DNA of 64,000 nucleotides from a virus. Location: positions 1 to 64,000 of IMG/VR virus record IMGVR_UViG_3300021599_001018. The stretch is one strand, 5' to 3'. The notes below the pieces were generated by a model. That model saw only the letters and a list, made by a program, of their open reading frames with translations, was not told the origin of the DNA and did not search any database. This document shows, one piece after another, positions 18,021 through 28,401 of the stretch. Position 1 is the first letter of the stretch. Each line of letters opens with the position of its first letter. Position numbers and translations under genes: made by a program.

Positions 18021-20966
18021 TTAATTTATCAATACTTGTGCTACTTGTCTTACTGCTTCCGGATTTGTACCCCAGTTTGGCGTTGTCCATCTCATTTCCA
18101 ATGAATCACCTTTTGTAATTTGTAAAGGTGTTGCCAATGTGAAAGTCAATAGTTGTGCAGCGGTATTATGCTCCAATGTGGTTGTTATCGTTGTAGTTTG
18201 TCCCGTAGTTACATTTGCTAATACCAATGTACTATCTTCGGATGTACCTACTACACCCGCTACTGATACCATAAGTGTAACATATGTTGCCCAACCGGAT
18301 GCCATTGCTATAACTCTACGTGTGGCAGCTGCAGTAGAGCTTGGGTTTTGGGCCATAAAATTACCAATATAATAAGTTGTTGAATCTAATGGAGTTCCCG
18401 TTGTCCAATCATGAGCAAATTGACAAACATATTGATTTTTATTCAACAATGTCCAATCGGAAACCCCATCGGATTGTAGTAGTAAAGATTCGGCTGCACC
18501 CAATCTTCTTGTCAATCTACCATCTATTGTTTCAGTAGTATTAGCATCTACAGTTACTATACCCGTTCCTCCATTTTTTATGTAAAGTTGTCTACCACGA
18601 TTACCAACTACAGTATACAAGCTAGCCGTAACATTTCCAGTTAAATCTATTGTAGAATCTGCTATTGAAGCCGTATAAGTAGCTGATGCTGTTACAAATC
18701 TCAAAGCCAATGAGCCGGAAACGGATAATGAGCCCGTTACTTCGGTATTACTATTTATTGAAACAATCGTACCCGTGTCGGTTATGTTACTATCATTTAG
18801 ATGTTCATTCCCTTTACTCTTTGGAATACGATTGGCCGTTAAATATATTTCACTACCTAAATTATCTATCGTTTCAGGTCCTTGTAAAAATAAAGATGAT
18901 GTTATATTTGTGCCATTTCCTTTATGAACAAATACGAACTCATCTTGTACGGAGTCGTATAATATAGAACCCGAAACAAGCGGTGAACTACCCGAATCAA
19001 TAATTGCTAATCCACCAAAACGATTAGTAGGATTAAATGTATTTACGGTTATGAGATTAGTTCCTATATTAAGTGTTGAAGAAGTTACATATTGAACCGA
19101 TGCACTACCTAAAACCGTTAAATCATTTGTAATAGTGAGAGAACCCGATATTATTTGATTATTTGTAAATGTATTTGAACCTGTAGTTGCAAATCTTGTA
19201 CTATCTATTCCATCAAGTAAGTCCGAATTACTTGCATAAGATGCTGTTCCCTGTAAGGTGCCGGTAGCAACTAATGATGTTGCTATTACATTGGAACCAT
19301 TGTAAGTTAGTGCAGGAACTCCACCAAATACTCCTGCGTTGTTATATTGTATTTCTCCAGAGTTTCCGCCAGGTGTAGTAGAACCACCCCCACCTCCGCC
19401 ACCACTTGTACCACTACCAGATTGTATTGCTATCCAATAAACTGGACCTGTAAGTGCAATACTACTATTTGAATTTATTGTAAATCCACTTGTCGTTTTA
19501 CTTTGTACAGTCCACGTTCTACTATCATCTCCCTCAATACTAATTGCGTAATTGTTATCCGTAAATGGTGTTGTGAATGTTACACTTGCAGTTAATGGCG
19601 TTCCGTTGAATGATGTATTTGATATTTGACTTGCGTATGTTACCAATCCTGTCGAACTACCACCCAATCCAGCCGATGAAGTATATCCAATTTGACCTGT
19701 AGTGGTATTATAGGTTAAAACAAATCCGGTATTGCTTACAGCAGCTCCGCTTAAGAATAGTGAACCACTTATAGTTTGATTTCCACGGAATGTGTTTGAG
19801 CCTGTAGTTGCGAATGATGCAGTCTGATTATTTAATACAAATGAGCTAGTCTGTGAGTTTGTTACAAATGATGAAGTCTGGCTATTAGTTACAAAGCTTG
19901 AAGTCTGTGAATTAGTTACAAATGAGCTTGTCTGTGAATTTGTAACAAAACTACTTGTTTGTGTATTAGTTACGAAAGAACTCGTCTGGCTATTTAGTAC
20001 AAAGCTTGAAGTTTGTGTATTAGTTACGAAACTACTAGTCTGCGAATTTGTTACAAATGAACCGGTCTGACTATTAGGTACGAATTGTGAAACATCTACG
20101 CTACCAGCTCCAACAGCCGAAGATGCTGTATAAGTTATTTTACCCGTTGTAGTATCGTAAGTCAATACATTACCGTTGCCTGAAGATGCCGCTGCTCCAC
20201 TAATAAACACAGTTCCACTAATAAACTGGTCACCACGAAATGTATTGGAGCCTGTCGTAGCAAATGAACCGGTTTGTGCATTTAGCACAAAGCTTGAAGT
20301 TTGTGAGTTTGTTACAAATGATGAAGTCTGATTATTAGTTACAAAACTACTTGTCTGATTATTAGTTACAAAGCTACTTGTCTGATTATTAGTTACAAAG
20401 CTACTTGTTTGTGAGTTTGGTACATAGCCCGGCACAAATGAAGCAGTGCTTGCGAAACTACTGCTTAAAACAGTCATTGAGCTTGTTTGCGAATTTAATA
20501 CAAAGCTTGAAGTTTGAGAATTTGTAACAAAACTACTTGTTTGTGAGTTAGTTACGAAACTACTAGTCTGCGAATTTAATACAAAGCTTGAAGTTTGTGA
20601 GTTAGTAACAAATGATGCAGTCTGATTGTTAGTTACAAAAGAGCTTGTTTGCGAATTTGTTACGAAGCTTGAAGTTTGTGTATTTCTAACGAATGAGCTA
20701 GTTTGTGAATTTGGTACAAATTGTGAAACGTCTACGCTACCAGCTCCTACTGCTGAAGATGCTGTAAAGAATACTTGACCTGTTGTTGTATCATATGTTA
20801 GTACATTGCCATTACCAGCCGATTGCGTAGTTCCACTTATGAATAATGAGCCAGATACATTAAGATTATTTCTAAATCTACCCGAACCCGATACATCTAA
20901 TGAGCCGGATATTGTACTATTATCAAGAGATATAAACCCATTACGGGTTACAAATTCATTTGCCAT
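18021..20966 (-). CDS. Fibre protein with nonad-repeat stalk
   Basis: 981 aa; MANEFVTRNG start; same repeat and neck modules; H-type-lectin-like segment (VTFTTPFTDNNY). Confidence 0.8.
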   Translation of the reverse strand: MANEFVTRNGFISLDNSTISGSLDVSGSGRFRNNLNVSGSLFISGTTQSAGNGNVLTYDTTTGQVFFTASSAVGAGSVDVSQFVPNSQTSSFVRNTQTSSFVTNSQTSSFVTNNQTASFVTNSQTSSFVLNSQTSSFVTNSQTSSFVTNSQTSSFVLNSQTSSMTVLSSSFASTASFVPGYVPNSQTSSFVTNNQTSSFVTNNQTSSFVTNNQTSSFVTNSQTSSFVLNAQTGSFATTGSNTFRGDQFISGTVFISGAAASSGNGNVLTYDTTTGKITYTASSAVGAGSVDVSQFVPNSQTGSFVTNSQTSSFVTNTQTSSFVLNSQTSSFVTNTQTSSFVTNSQTSSFVTNSQTSSFVTNSQTSSFVTNSQTSSFVLNNQTASFATTGSNTFRGNQTISGSLFLSGAAVSNTGFVLTYNTTTGQIGYTSSAGLGGSSTGLVTYASQISNTSFNGTPLTASVTFTTPFTDNNYAISIEGDDSRTWTVQSKTTSGFTINSNSSIALTGPVYWIAIQSGSGTSGGGGGGGSTTPGGNSGEIQYNNAGVFGGVPALTYNGSNVIATSLVATGTLQGTASYASNSDLLDGIDSTRFATTGSNTFTNNQIISGSLTITNDLTVLGSASVQYVTSSTLNIGTNLITVNTFNPTNRFGGLAIIDSGSSPLVSGSILYDSVQDEFVFVHKGNGTNITSSLFLQGPETIDNLGSEIYLTANRIPKSKGNEHLNDSNITDTGTIVSINSNTEVTGSLSVSGSLALRFVTASATYTASIADSTIDLTGNVTASLYTVVGNRGRQLYIKNGGTGIVTVDANTTETIDGRLTRRLGAAESLLLQSDGVSDWTLLNKNQYVCQFAHDWTTGTPLDSTTYYIGNFMAQNPSSTAAATRRVIAMASGWATYVTLMVSVAGVVGTSEDSTLVLANVTTGQTTTITTTLEHNTAAQLLTFTLATPLQITKGDSLEMRWTTPNWGTNPEAVRQVAQVLIN

Positions 20967-20975
20967 TTACATTGT

Positions 20976-20999
20976 GCTCTAGTTCACTATCCCTAAAGC
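20976..20999 (-). promoter_or_regulatory. 5' leader hairpin
   Basis: GCTTTAG-GGATAGTGAA-CTAGAGC between promoter motif and ATG. Confidence 0.5.
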
Positions 21000-21042
21000 C
21001 GGGGTTTTGTATAAATATCTAAAATTATATAAAATAAAATCG

Positions 21043-24000
21043 TTAGATAAAACGAATTATTGATTTTACCGTCCAAATTCCAGCGCCCGTTTGATTCCCT
21101 TGTATCAATAAGTTTCCGCCAGATATAGAACCACTAAATGTTAATGCTGTTGTATTTCCGAAGTCGGTTGTAGAATTATCCGTATAATTAACGCTACCTT
21201 CGTTCCATATTCCCATAAATTGTCCTGCTCTTGCATTTGCTCCGGATTTTGCAGAGTATTCCATAAATACAGCATCGTATGAAGCAGTTGGTACACTATA
21301 TATTTGGAAAGTACCTGCTCCAGCGGTTACAGTTCGACGTGTATCGTTTAGAGATATTGCGGAGCTAGTACCAAATGATAGAGATCCGGTAATAATTTGG
21401 TCACCACGGAATGTGTTACTTCCGGTTGTAGCGAAAGATGCAGTCTGATTATTGATTACAAAACTACCCGTCTGTGAGTTTAGTACAAATGAACTTGTCT
21501 GGCTATTAGTTACAAAACTACTTGTCTGTGAGTTAGTTACAAAGCTTGAAGTTTGAGAGTTTGTAACAAACGAACCGGTTTGCGTATTTGTAATAAATGA
21601 CCCAGTCTGACTATTAGTTACAAAAGAGCCAGTCTGCGAATTAGTTACAAAGCTTGAAGTTTGTGAGTTTAATACAAAAGAGCTAGTCTGCGAATTAGTT
21701 ACAAATTGAGAAGTATCAATAGAACTACCGCCAAGTCCGGCAGATGATGTGTAACTTACTAACCCACTTGCCGTATCATATGTTAATACAAATCCCGTAT
21801 TATTTATAGAAGCTCCACTTAAATATAAAGTAGATGATACTATCAATCCAGTCGAACCACTTATCGTTAATCCATCTGCTTTTAATGTAGTTCCATCGTA
21901 AGTTAGTTTTGAAACACCCGCAAAAGCACCTGCGTTATTATATTGTATTTGTCCCGTAGTTCCACCAGGCATAGCAGAACCACCACCCAATGCTGCCGAT
22001 GATGTATATGTAACCAAACCGGTTGTATTATCATAAGTCAATACATGCCCAGTACCATTTGATATATTTGCTCCGCTTAAATACAATGAGCCCGATATTT
22101 GGAATTGCGAACCTGATGCAAATAATAAATTACTTCTGTTTGAGTTATTTAGACCATTACCTATAATAAATGCCCCAATACCAGTAGTCGCTCTATTAAA
22201 TTGCCCAATTACTGATTGATAATCGCCTATTGCTACCGTCTGTCTACCGGCAGTATGTGAGTATGTTCCGGATGCTATTGTAAAATATCCTTCCGCGTGT
22301 GAATAATCTCCATACGCAATACTAGCTAATCCTTCAGCATGCGAAGCTTCTCCGATTGCTTCCGTATTATCCCCTTCAGCATGCGATGATGACCCAATTG
22401 CTTTTGCACCAAATCCTTCTACATGTGAGTAATTTCCAGATGATATTGTATCACGACCTTCTGCATGTGAATATATCCCACTTGCTGTTACAGCGAGTCC
22501 TTGCTGAAAACTTTGACTTGTATATATAAATCTAAAGGAATCAGTTGCTCCAAATTGGCTTCCACTATTGTATTGAATGAATGTGTCCGATGGTGACGGA
22601 GTTCCTACACCACCCCCACCAAATCCAGCCGAAGAAGTATAACTAACTAAACCACTTGCAGTATTATATGTTAATACGAAACCGGTATTGTTTACGACTG
22701 CTCCGCTCAAATATAAAGATGCGGATATAATTTGTTCACCCCTGAAAGTATTACTTCCTGTTGTTGCAAATGAACCCGTTTGATTATTCGTTACGAAACT
22801 ACTCGTCTGTGAGTTTAATACAAAAGAGCTAGTCTGCGAATTGGTTACGAAGCTCGAAGTTTGTGAGTTAGTTACAAATGATGATGTATCTATATTACTT
22901 CCGGTGGGTATTGTAATATTACCGGAACTATCCGCTGCTACACCATTTACTCTTAAAACGAATGTTCCATTTGCATTTGGTAGGTAATGATATTTTAAGC
23001 CGCCCCCTAATTGCGAACCATCTATTACAGATCCAGTACTAGATAATCCTCCTCCACCAATACGAATTGCTGCTGTATTATTACCATTTTCATATACATA
23101 AAAATACGGATTTGGGTTTGATGAATTTTGAAATGTAATTCCAGAATCAGTTGTTCTAATTTGTGCATATGAAGTATTTGCTCCATCAAATATATCAATC
23201 CCTTTATCACTTCCACTAATAACTATCGTATTAACAGATGAACTTCCAACATTTGTTACTTGCTCTAATGATGGTATCGGTGCCCAGCTTGCTGATGTTG
23301 CGAAAGATGCACTATTTGCAAATGAAGCGGATATTGCTACCGATGCCGATTGTGCCCAACTTGCAGTTCCAAATAAAGAACCCGTTATACCATTTGAAAC
23401 TGATAGTGTTCCTGATATTGTAGTAGATCCTGTGACTTGTAAACTACCGGTCGCAACGGTCGTTCCTATAAGTCTCTGAATATCATCCGGTGTATTTCCA
23501 AAAGTATTTGAGCCAGTAGATACCGCATTTACTACTTGTATATTTTCATAAATTATATTAGTAAACGATGCAGTACCTAATACATTCAAAGATCCAGTTA
23601 TGGTTACTCCGCTACCGCTTACAACCAAAGAGCCGGTTATTACGGCATTACCATTAAACGGAAATGTACTGCCACCACTACCCAATGATGCCGTTGAAAT
23701 ATAACTTAGTTGGCCGGAAGATGAATCGTATGCAACAATATGTGATGCGGATTGGCTAACTAAACTTCTTAATCTAACCGACCCGCTTACATCAAAATTA
23801 CTTTGAGGATTTACTACATTTATACCTATTTTACCATCGGTTGAACCGCTTGATATTGTTGTTGTAGAAAAATATGATCCAGTTCCAAATATAATTCCAC
23901 CTATGTTTATAGAATCACGTCTATTCGGTTCCAATGTTACAGCAGTACCAATAATTATGTTATTTCTACCTACACTGCCGGCAGTAGAAACACCATCAGT

Positions 24001-24954
24001 ACCCGAATTATGTCCTATTATTGTTGAATAGCTTGCGCTTATGGCAAATCTACCCGCCCTAAGCCCAATAAATGTTGAACCAATTAAATTTCCGCTTGAA
24101 TTACCAGCATTAAATCCTATAAAATGACTATAAGATGCGCTACTATTTACGCCCACACTTTCACCTATAAAAATAGATCTAAAAGTTCCATCTGCATATT
24201 GACCGGCTTGTTTTCCTATAAAAATAGTTGAAATACTAGTTGGTGTGTTTATATTTAATCCCGCTTGTGAACCAAGCATTATGTTATCATTAGGATTAAC
24301 ATTATAAGCCGTACTACCCAATATATTTGAACCATAACTATATAAAGTAGATCCCGTAAGCGCTATCGGATATGATGATGTTAAAGCTGTAATTGCATTT
24401 GTAATAGACCCACTAAAAAATGATGCAGTTAATGCATTTGTGGCCCAACTTGCTGTACCTATTAAATTACCATTAAATGATCCAGAAAATGCACCTGAAT
24501 TTAATAAAAATGAACTACTAGTAGAATTTCCTCTAAATAATTGTAAATTTCCATTATCGTATGATGCCGATACATATGCATTTGGAGTAAATGATGCGGT
24601 TTGAACCGATCCGGTTATGCCTTGTTGAATCGTTAATGAACCCGAAATTATTTGCGTACTTCCTACGCTACCGGTTGTAATATAGCTACCAAGTTCTGAT
24701 TCAAATGCTAATTCTTTCCAATTTCCCGTATTATTCCAATTAGCGCTTGACGTGGTAGCGCCATAAAACGCATAATACTTTTGCGTGCTACTAACAAATA
24801 TAATAGTGCCTGTTTTTCTTTTTGGTTCAGGTATACTACTGCCAGTTTGAGATAAATTTGTAAGTGTAATAGCATTACCCCGTATATCACTTATATCGGC
24901 AATAGGATAATTTGGATTATTGTTTTCTAGTCTATCTGGAAAATATAGTGGCAT
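21043..24954 (-). CDS. Fibre protein with FIGxxAG, SHAEG and nonad repeats
   Basis: 1303 aa, Ser/Thr/Gly-rich, shares modules with the two downstream fibres. Confidence 0.8.
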   Translation of the reverse strand: MPLYFPDRLENNNPNYPIADISDIRGNAITLTNLSQTGSSIPEPKRKTGTIIFVSSTQKYYAFYGATTSSANWNNTGNWKELAFESELGSYITTGSVGSTQIISGSLTIQQGITGSVQTASFTPNAYVSASYDNGNLQLFRGNSTSSSFLLNSGAFSGSFNGNLIGTASWATNALTASFFSGSITNAITALTSSYPIALTGSTLYSYGSNILGSTAYNVNPNDNIMLGSQAGLNINTPTSISTIFIGKQAGQYADGTFRSIFIGESVGVNSSASYSHFIGFNAGNSSGNLIGSTFIGLRAGRFAISASYSTIIGHNSGTDGVSTAGSVGRNNIIIGTAVTLEPNRRDSINIGGIIFGTGSYFSTTTISSGSTDGKIGINVVNPQSNFDVSGSVRLRSLVSQSASHIVAYDSSSGQLSYISTASLGSGGSTFPFNGNAVITGSLVVSGSGVTITGSLNVLGTASFTNIIYENIQVVNAVSTGSNTFGNTPDDIQRLIGTTVATGSLQVTGSTTISGTLSVSNGITGSLFGTASWAQSASVAISASFANSASFATSASWAPIPSLEQVTNVGSSSVNTIVISGSDKGIDIFDGANTSYAQIRTTDSGITFQNSSNPNPYFYVYENGNNTAAIRIGGGGLSSTGSVIDGSQLGGGLKYHYLPNANGTFVLRVNGVAADSSGNITIPTGSNIDTSSFVTNSQTSSFVTNSQTSSFVLNSQTSSFVTNNQTGSFATTGSNTFRGEQIISASLYLSGAVVNNTGFVLTYNTASGLVSYTSSAGFGGGGVGTPSPSDTFIQYNSGSQFGATDSFRFIYTSQSFQQGLAVTASGIYSHAEGRDTISSGNYSHVEGFGAKAIGSSSHAEGDNTEAIGEASHAEGLASIAYGDYSHAEGYFTIASGTYSHTAGRQTVAIGDYQSVIGQFNRATTGIGAFIIGNGLNNSNRSNLLFASGSQFQISGSLYLSGANISNGTGHVLTYDNTTGLVTYTSSAALGGGSAMPGGTTGQIQYNNAGAFAGVSKLTYDGTTLKADGLTISGSTGLIVSSTLYLSGASINNTGFVLTYDTASGLVSYTSSAGLGGSSIDTSQFVTNSQTSSFVLNSQTSSFVTNSQTGSFVTNSQTGSFITNTQTGSFVTNSQTSSFVTNSQTSSFVTNSQTSSFVLNSQTGSFVINNQTASFATTGSNTFRGDQIITGSLSFGTSSAISLNDTRRTVTAGAGTFQIYSVPTASYDAVFMEYSAKSGANARAGQFMGIWNEGSVNYTDNSTTDFGNTTALTFSGSISGGNLLIQGNQTGAGIWTVKSIIRFI

Positions 24955-24955
24955 A

Positions 24956-25960
24956 TTATGAAATAGTTAGTATATCACCAAGTCTAAAAGCCCCTGGCTG
25001 TGTTGATTTATATATTTTGTATGTTGTAGATACAGAACTACCATTAGTTATAGTATATGTTCCTATATTTGTAAATGCTGTTCTAACATCGCTCAATCCT
25101 TTAGAAATAGTTGTTAAATCAGCATAAGTAGATGGATATATAATGTAAGTATATTTGCTTGTATCAGCATTATCATTTGAGCAAACCGCTGTCCAACTAA
25201 CCGAGTCTGTTAATTCGGAATCAACCAATTCATTATAAACCGTTTGAGCAGTTGTATTATTCGTTACATCAGTTGTACTAGCTGCTAATACATTTCTGAA
25301 TTTGAACGCATAGTTTAATACCAAAGGTGTAATGTTTTTAGTATTATCTGGTGTTCTTGCATTAACCGTAAATGTTATGTTACCAACTGTGTTTCGTGAT
25401 GGTGTTACCGAACCTATTATAGATGTTTTTGTTGCAGATAATGTTCCTATACTATCTGTACGATTAGTACCATTTGTTGCTCCACTCATAGTTACAGATG
25501 CGTTGATAGCATATGCGCTATTTGAATCGGTTGTAGAATTTAATTCATATGTATTAAAACTAAAAGATGAGCCAACTTCTCTATCTGTACTTGATATATT
25601 AGTTAATCCATTTTTAAGAATTAGATTACTCATCGATGATGAAACATATGGTGCTAGTAAATCTTGCCACAATGTTGTAAAATCTGTTCCTGAGCCAAAT
25701 GTTTGGCCGGATTCAATACCACCAACTGTTCCAGTGGCTGTTATTCCAGAACCAAGAGCGCCAGATCCTGTTAAATTATTAGCGAATACATTTCCATTAA
25801 GAATTATATCTCCATTTATAGATTTATTTAATGGTAATAATGTAATTATAGAAGATCCACTACCTATTTGTACAGCATTTATACCCCCATTTAAGTAAAA
25901 TTCGCCATCGGCCAAACTTATAACGCTTGAACCACGCCTAATTTCTAAAATACCTGCCAT
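24956..25960 (-). CDS. Structural protein with fibre-anchor-like N-terminus
   Basis: ILEIRRG...LADGEF N-terminal motif; Thr/Ser-rich Ig-like remainder. Confidence 0.6.
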   Translation of the reverse strand: MAGILEIRRGSSVISLADGEFYLNGGINAVQIGSGSSIITLLPLNKSINGDIILNGNVFANNLTGSGALGSGITATGTVGGIESGQTFGSGTDFTTLWQDLLAPYVSSSMSNLILKNGLTNISSTDREVGSSFSFNTYELNSTTDSNSAYAINASVTMSGATNGTNRTDSIGTLSATKTSIIGSVTPSRNTVGNITFTVNARTPDNTKNITPLVLNYAFKFRNVLAASTTDVTNNTTAQTVYNELVDSELTDSVSWTAVCSNDNADTSKYTYIIYPSTYADLTTISKGLSDVRTAFTNIGTYTITNGSSVSTTYKIYKSTQPGAFRLGDILTIS

Positions 25961-26018
25961 TATTGATTATTGGTTTCATATAAATATAAAAGGAAACCAA
26001 TTTAATAACAATAGGGTA

Positions 26019-27740
26019 TTAGTCGTTTATTATTTTCTTCTTATTTCCATCCATATCTTTGAATATCTCCTGATACGGTTTTCTTGGTTTGTATTTTACA
26101 GAATCCTCTTTTTGTTTAAGAGTTTTAATTCCGAGTGGGTCTCTACCAAGTGGATGGTCATCTTTGCCATATCTTACGGGGTCTTTTGGGCGTCCTACTT
26201 TACCTTCCTCTTCCAATTCTTCTTTTATTTTTTGGATTTCTTCTTCTACATTAGTTGGTTGTTCGGGTTGTTGTGCCGGGTCTACACCTTGCGTTTCTAT
26301 TGATTGAAGTCGGAATGCCTGCTTTGTATCTTCTAATATAGCAAGTGTTTGTTCATCTTGCTCATCTTTTGCCATTCCAAGAATTGCTTCATACATCCAT
26401 TCTTTTGATAACATTTTAGTTCTTTGCATTGATTCAATCAAAGATATTTTAGATGTATATAGTTCAACCTTCTCTTGTTCATATATTTTAGATGGTAGAG
26501 TCAGTTCAAGACTGAAATCGGTTAAACGGTCATCATTTATTCCCTGTGAATATAAGTGAACAATTGCTATTTTTGTTAGCTCAGAAATAATTACCCTTTG
26601 TACTCTTTCAATAGTTTTTGCAAAACGAGAATCAAGAGCCGCAAGAGTTGCTTTACCATTTGTATCTTCGGAATATCCTAACCATGCTTTTGGCATTTTA
26701 AGTGATGCCATTAATTTGTTTTTAAGGTAATCAATATCCTCAATCATTGTATATTCCATACCTTTTAGTGTATCAATAGCTGTACCATTATCCGAGCCAC
26801 GAACAGGCATATAATAGTCTTCCATTAAATTTTGGATATTATATTTTAAGTTGTAATCGCCCGTTCTCTCATCAACAAATGGAGTCTTTTTAGAATTATT
26901 TATGATTTTTTGCATGTAGTTATCCACTTCGTTTGGTGGTATATTACCTACATCTATTTTGAATATACGCTTTTCAGGTGCTCTAATTATTCTATGAATT
27001 AACATAGCATCTTCCATTAGAGATAATTGCTTCCAAATACGACGTCCACCCTCAATCATTGATTTTCCATATGGTAGAAAGTTTGAATCATTATTTAATC
27101 TGAAGTGTGCAACCTCAAAATTTTCAAATTCTTTTTTAGAACTCATACCATAAGCTCCCAATGGATTTTGGTATGGAGCATATACAAATTTTACTCTTTG
27201 TGGGTTTTCAGGGTCAAAATTTTCTACACGGGTTACTTCATATGGTGAGTATGGAAATACATTAACTATACCAGTATTTTCTGCTATTTCTAATTGTAAA
27301 AATAAATCACCATATTTAACAAGATTTCTTGTCCAAGGCCAAAGATTAAATTCTACATTAAGAATATCGTAAAAAAGATTTTCAAGTATTTGTTTTACAT
27401 TATCATCTGGGTGATGAATTTTTAATACATTACCAAATTCATTTCTTGCGGTAGTTTCATCAGCGTAAATATCCAAAGCAGAACTAATAATTGGGTCCTG
27501 ATCCATTGAATCGTAATCACGGAAAAGGTCTATACGAACTTGCTGATATGCCAATGAGGAGTCGATTTGACCCGAAGCATAGTTAGTAACCTTTAATTTC
27601 ATAAACCTGTCTACCAGGTTTGTTGTCATATTTTGATATTCATCGGTATCAATTATCTTCGTACCTTTACTCGTCTTACGGACTATTGTATTGGTTGAAA
27701 ATAATTTTTGTAACCTACTAAAAAATGTTTTATCTGCCAT
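26019..27740 (-). CDS. Portal protein (T4 gp20-like)
   Basis: EDAMLIHRIIRAPEKRIFKIDVGNIP, EDYYMPVRG motifs. Confidence 0.95.
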   Translation of the reverse strand: MADKTFFSRLQKLFSTNTIVRKTSKGTKIIDTDEYQNMTTNLVDRFMKLKVTNYASGQIDSSLAYQQVRIDLFRDYDSMDQDPIISSALDIYADETTARNEFGNVLKIHHPDDNVKQILENLFYDILNVEFNLWPWTRNLVKYGDLFLQLEIAENTGIVNVFPYSPYEVTRVENFDPENPQRVKFVYAPYQNPLGAYGMSSKKEFENFEVAHFRLNNDSNFLPYGKSMIEGGRRIWKQLSLMEDAMLIHRIIRAPEKRIFKIDVGNIPPNEVDNYMQKIINNSKKTPFVDERTGDYNLKYNIQNLMEDYYMPVRGSDNGTAIDTLKGMEYTMIEDIDYLKNKLMASLKMPKAWLGYSEDTNGKATLAALDSRFAKTIERVQRVIISELTKIAIVHLYSQGINDDRLTDFSLELTLPSKIYEQEKVELYTSKISLIESMQRTKMLSKEWMYEAILGMAKDEQDEQTLAILEDTKQAFRLQSIETQGVDPAQQPEQPTNVEEEIQKIKEELEEEGKVGRPKDPVRYGKDDHPLGRDPLGIKTLKQKEDSVKYKPRKPYQEIFKDMDGNKKKIIND

Positions 27741-27749
27741 TTGAAAATT

Positions 27750-27788
27750 TTAACTACTAATATATGTATAATTTTTGGAATCGCCAAA
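27750..27788 (-). promoter_or_regulatory. Bacteroidota-type sigma70-like promoter upstream of portal
   Basis: TTTGG...TATATTAG, a near match to TTTG/TAnnTTTG. Confidence 0.4.
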
Positions 27789-28367
27789 TTACCATTTACG
27801 GCAAGACCAATAGCGAGCTTTCCAACGTGGTCCGGGACTATCACAATTATGTCTAGCTCTAAATGATTTACGTCTTTCTGGATTTGATTTTTTAATTCTC
27901 ATATTAGGGTCACCAAAATTAACCTTAACCACATTACCCTTATCGTTACGAACATACACTTTGAATTTCTTAACATCGCCTTGCATTGGTTTACCTAACT
28001 TTACAGTACGTCCCTGATACTCTGCTTCTAACAAACACGGGCAAGTTGCTTCGGAAAGTAATTGATTATACTCTCTCATAAACTTTATAAAATCCTTTTC
28101 CTCTTCTATGGTTTCAACATCATATTCATCTATTTCTTCTTCCTCATTCATTTCTCTATATCCCATAGATGTACTTTGATATCGTGGTGGTTCTGCTTCC
28201 CAACAATTTCCGTTTTCATCGCAATTTAGTTCTTGCGTTTCTTCTTTTACAGGTACGCAGTTTGGTACTTCTTTACCATTTTTATTTTTTGTTCCTACTT
28301 GCTCATATCCTTTCCAACAAGGATTTTCTAATTCTTTTATTATTTCGTTTAGTGTACTTATTTTCAT
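27789..28367 (-). CDS. Conserved phage protein (PCWKGY motif; C-terminal SFRARHxC...YWSC domain)
   Basis: Motifs recalled from T4-like environmental phages; function unknown. Confidence 0.7.
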   Translation of the reverse strand: MKISTLNEIIKELENPCWKGYEQVGTKNKNGKEVPNCVPVKEETQELNCDENGNCWEAEPPRYQSTSMGYREMNEEEEIDEYDVETIEEEKDFIKFMREYNQLLSEATCPCLLEAEYQGRTVKLGKPMQGDVKKFKVYVRNDKGNVVKVNFGDPNMRIKKSNPERRKSFRARHNCDSPGPRWKARYWSCRKW

Positions 28368-28401
28368 ATGTTAAAGGTTTCAATCTATAAATATAAATAA
28401 A

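Noticed and set aside
13980-22890. 27-nt repeat arrays as CRISPR or non-coding repeats
   Set aside because: No unique spacers; variation is mostly synonymous within open frames, so they are protein repeats.
11325-24954. Diversity-generating retroelement or invertase shufflon acting on fibres
   Set aside because: No reverse transcriptase, recombinase, adenine-specific template/variable pair or inverted cassettes seen in the window.
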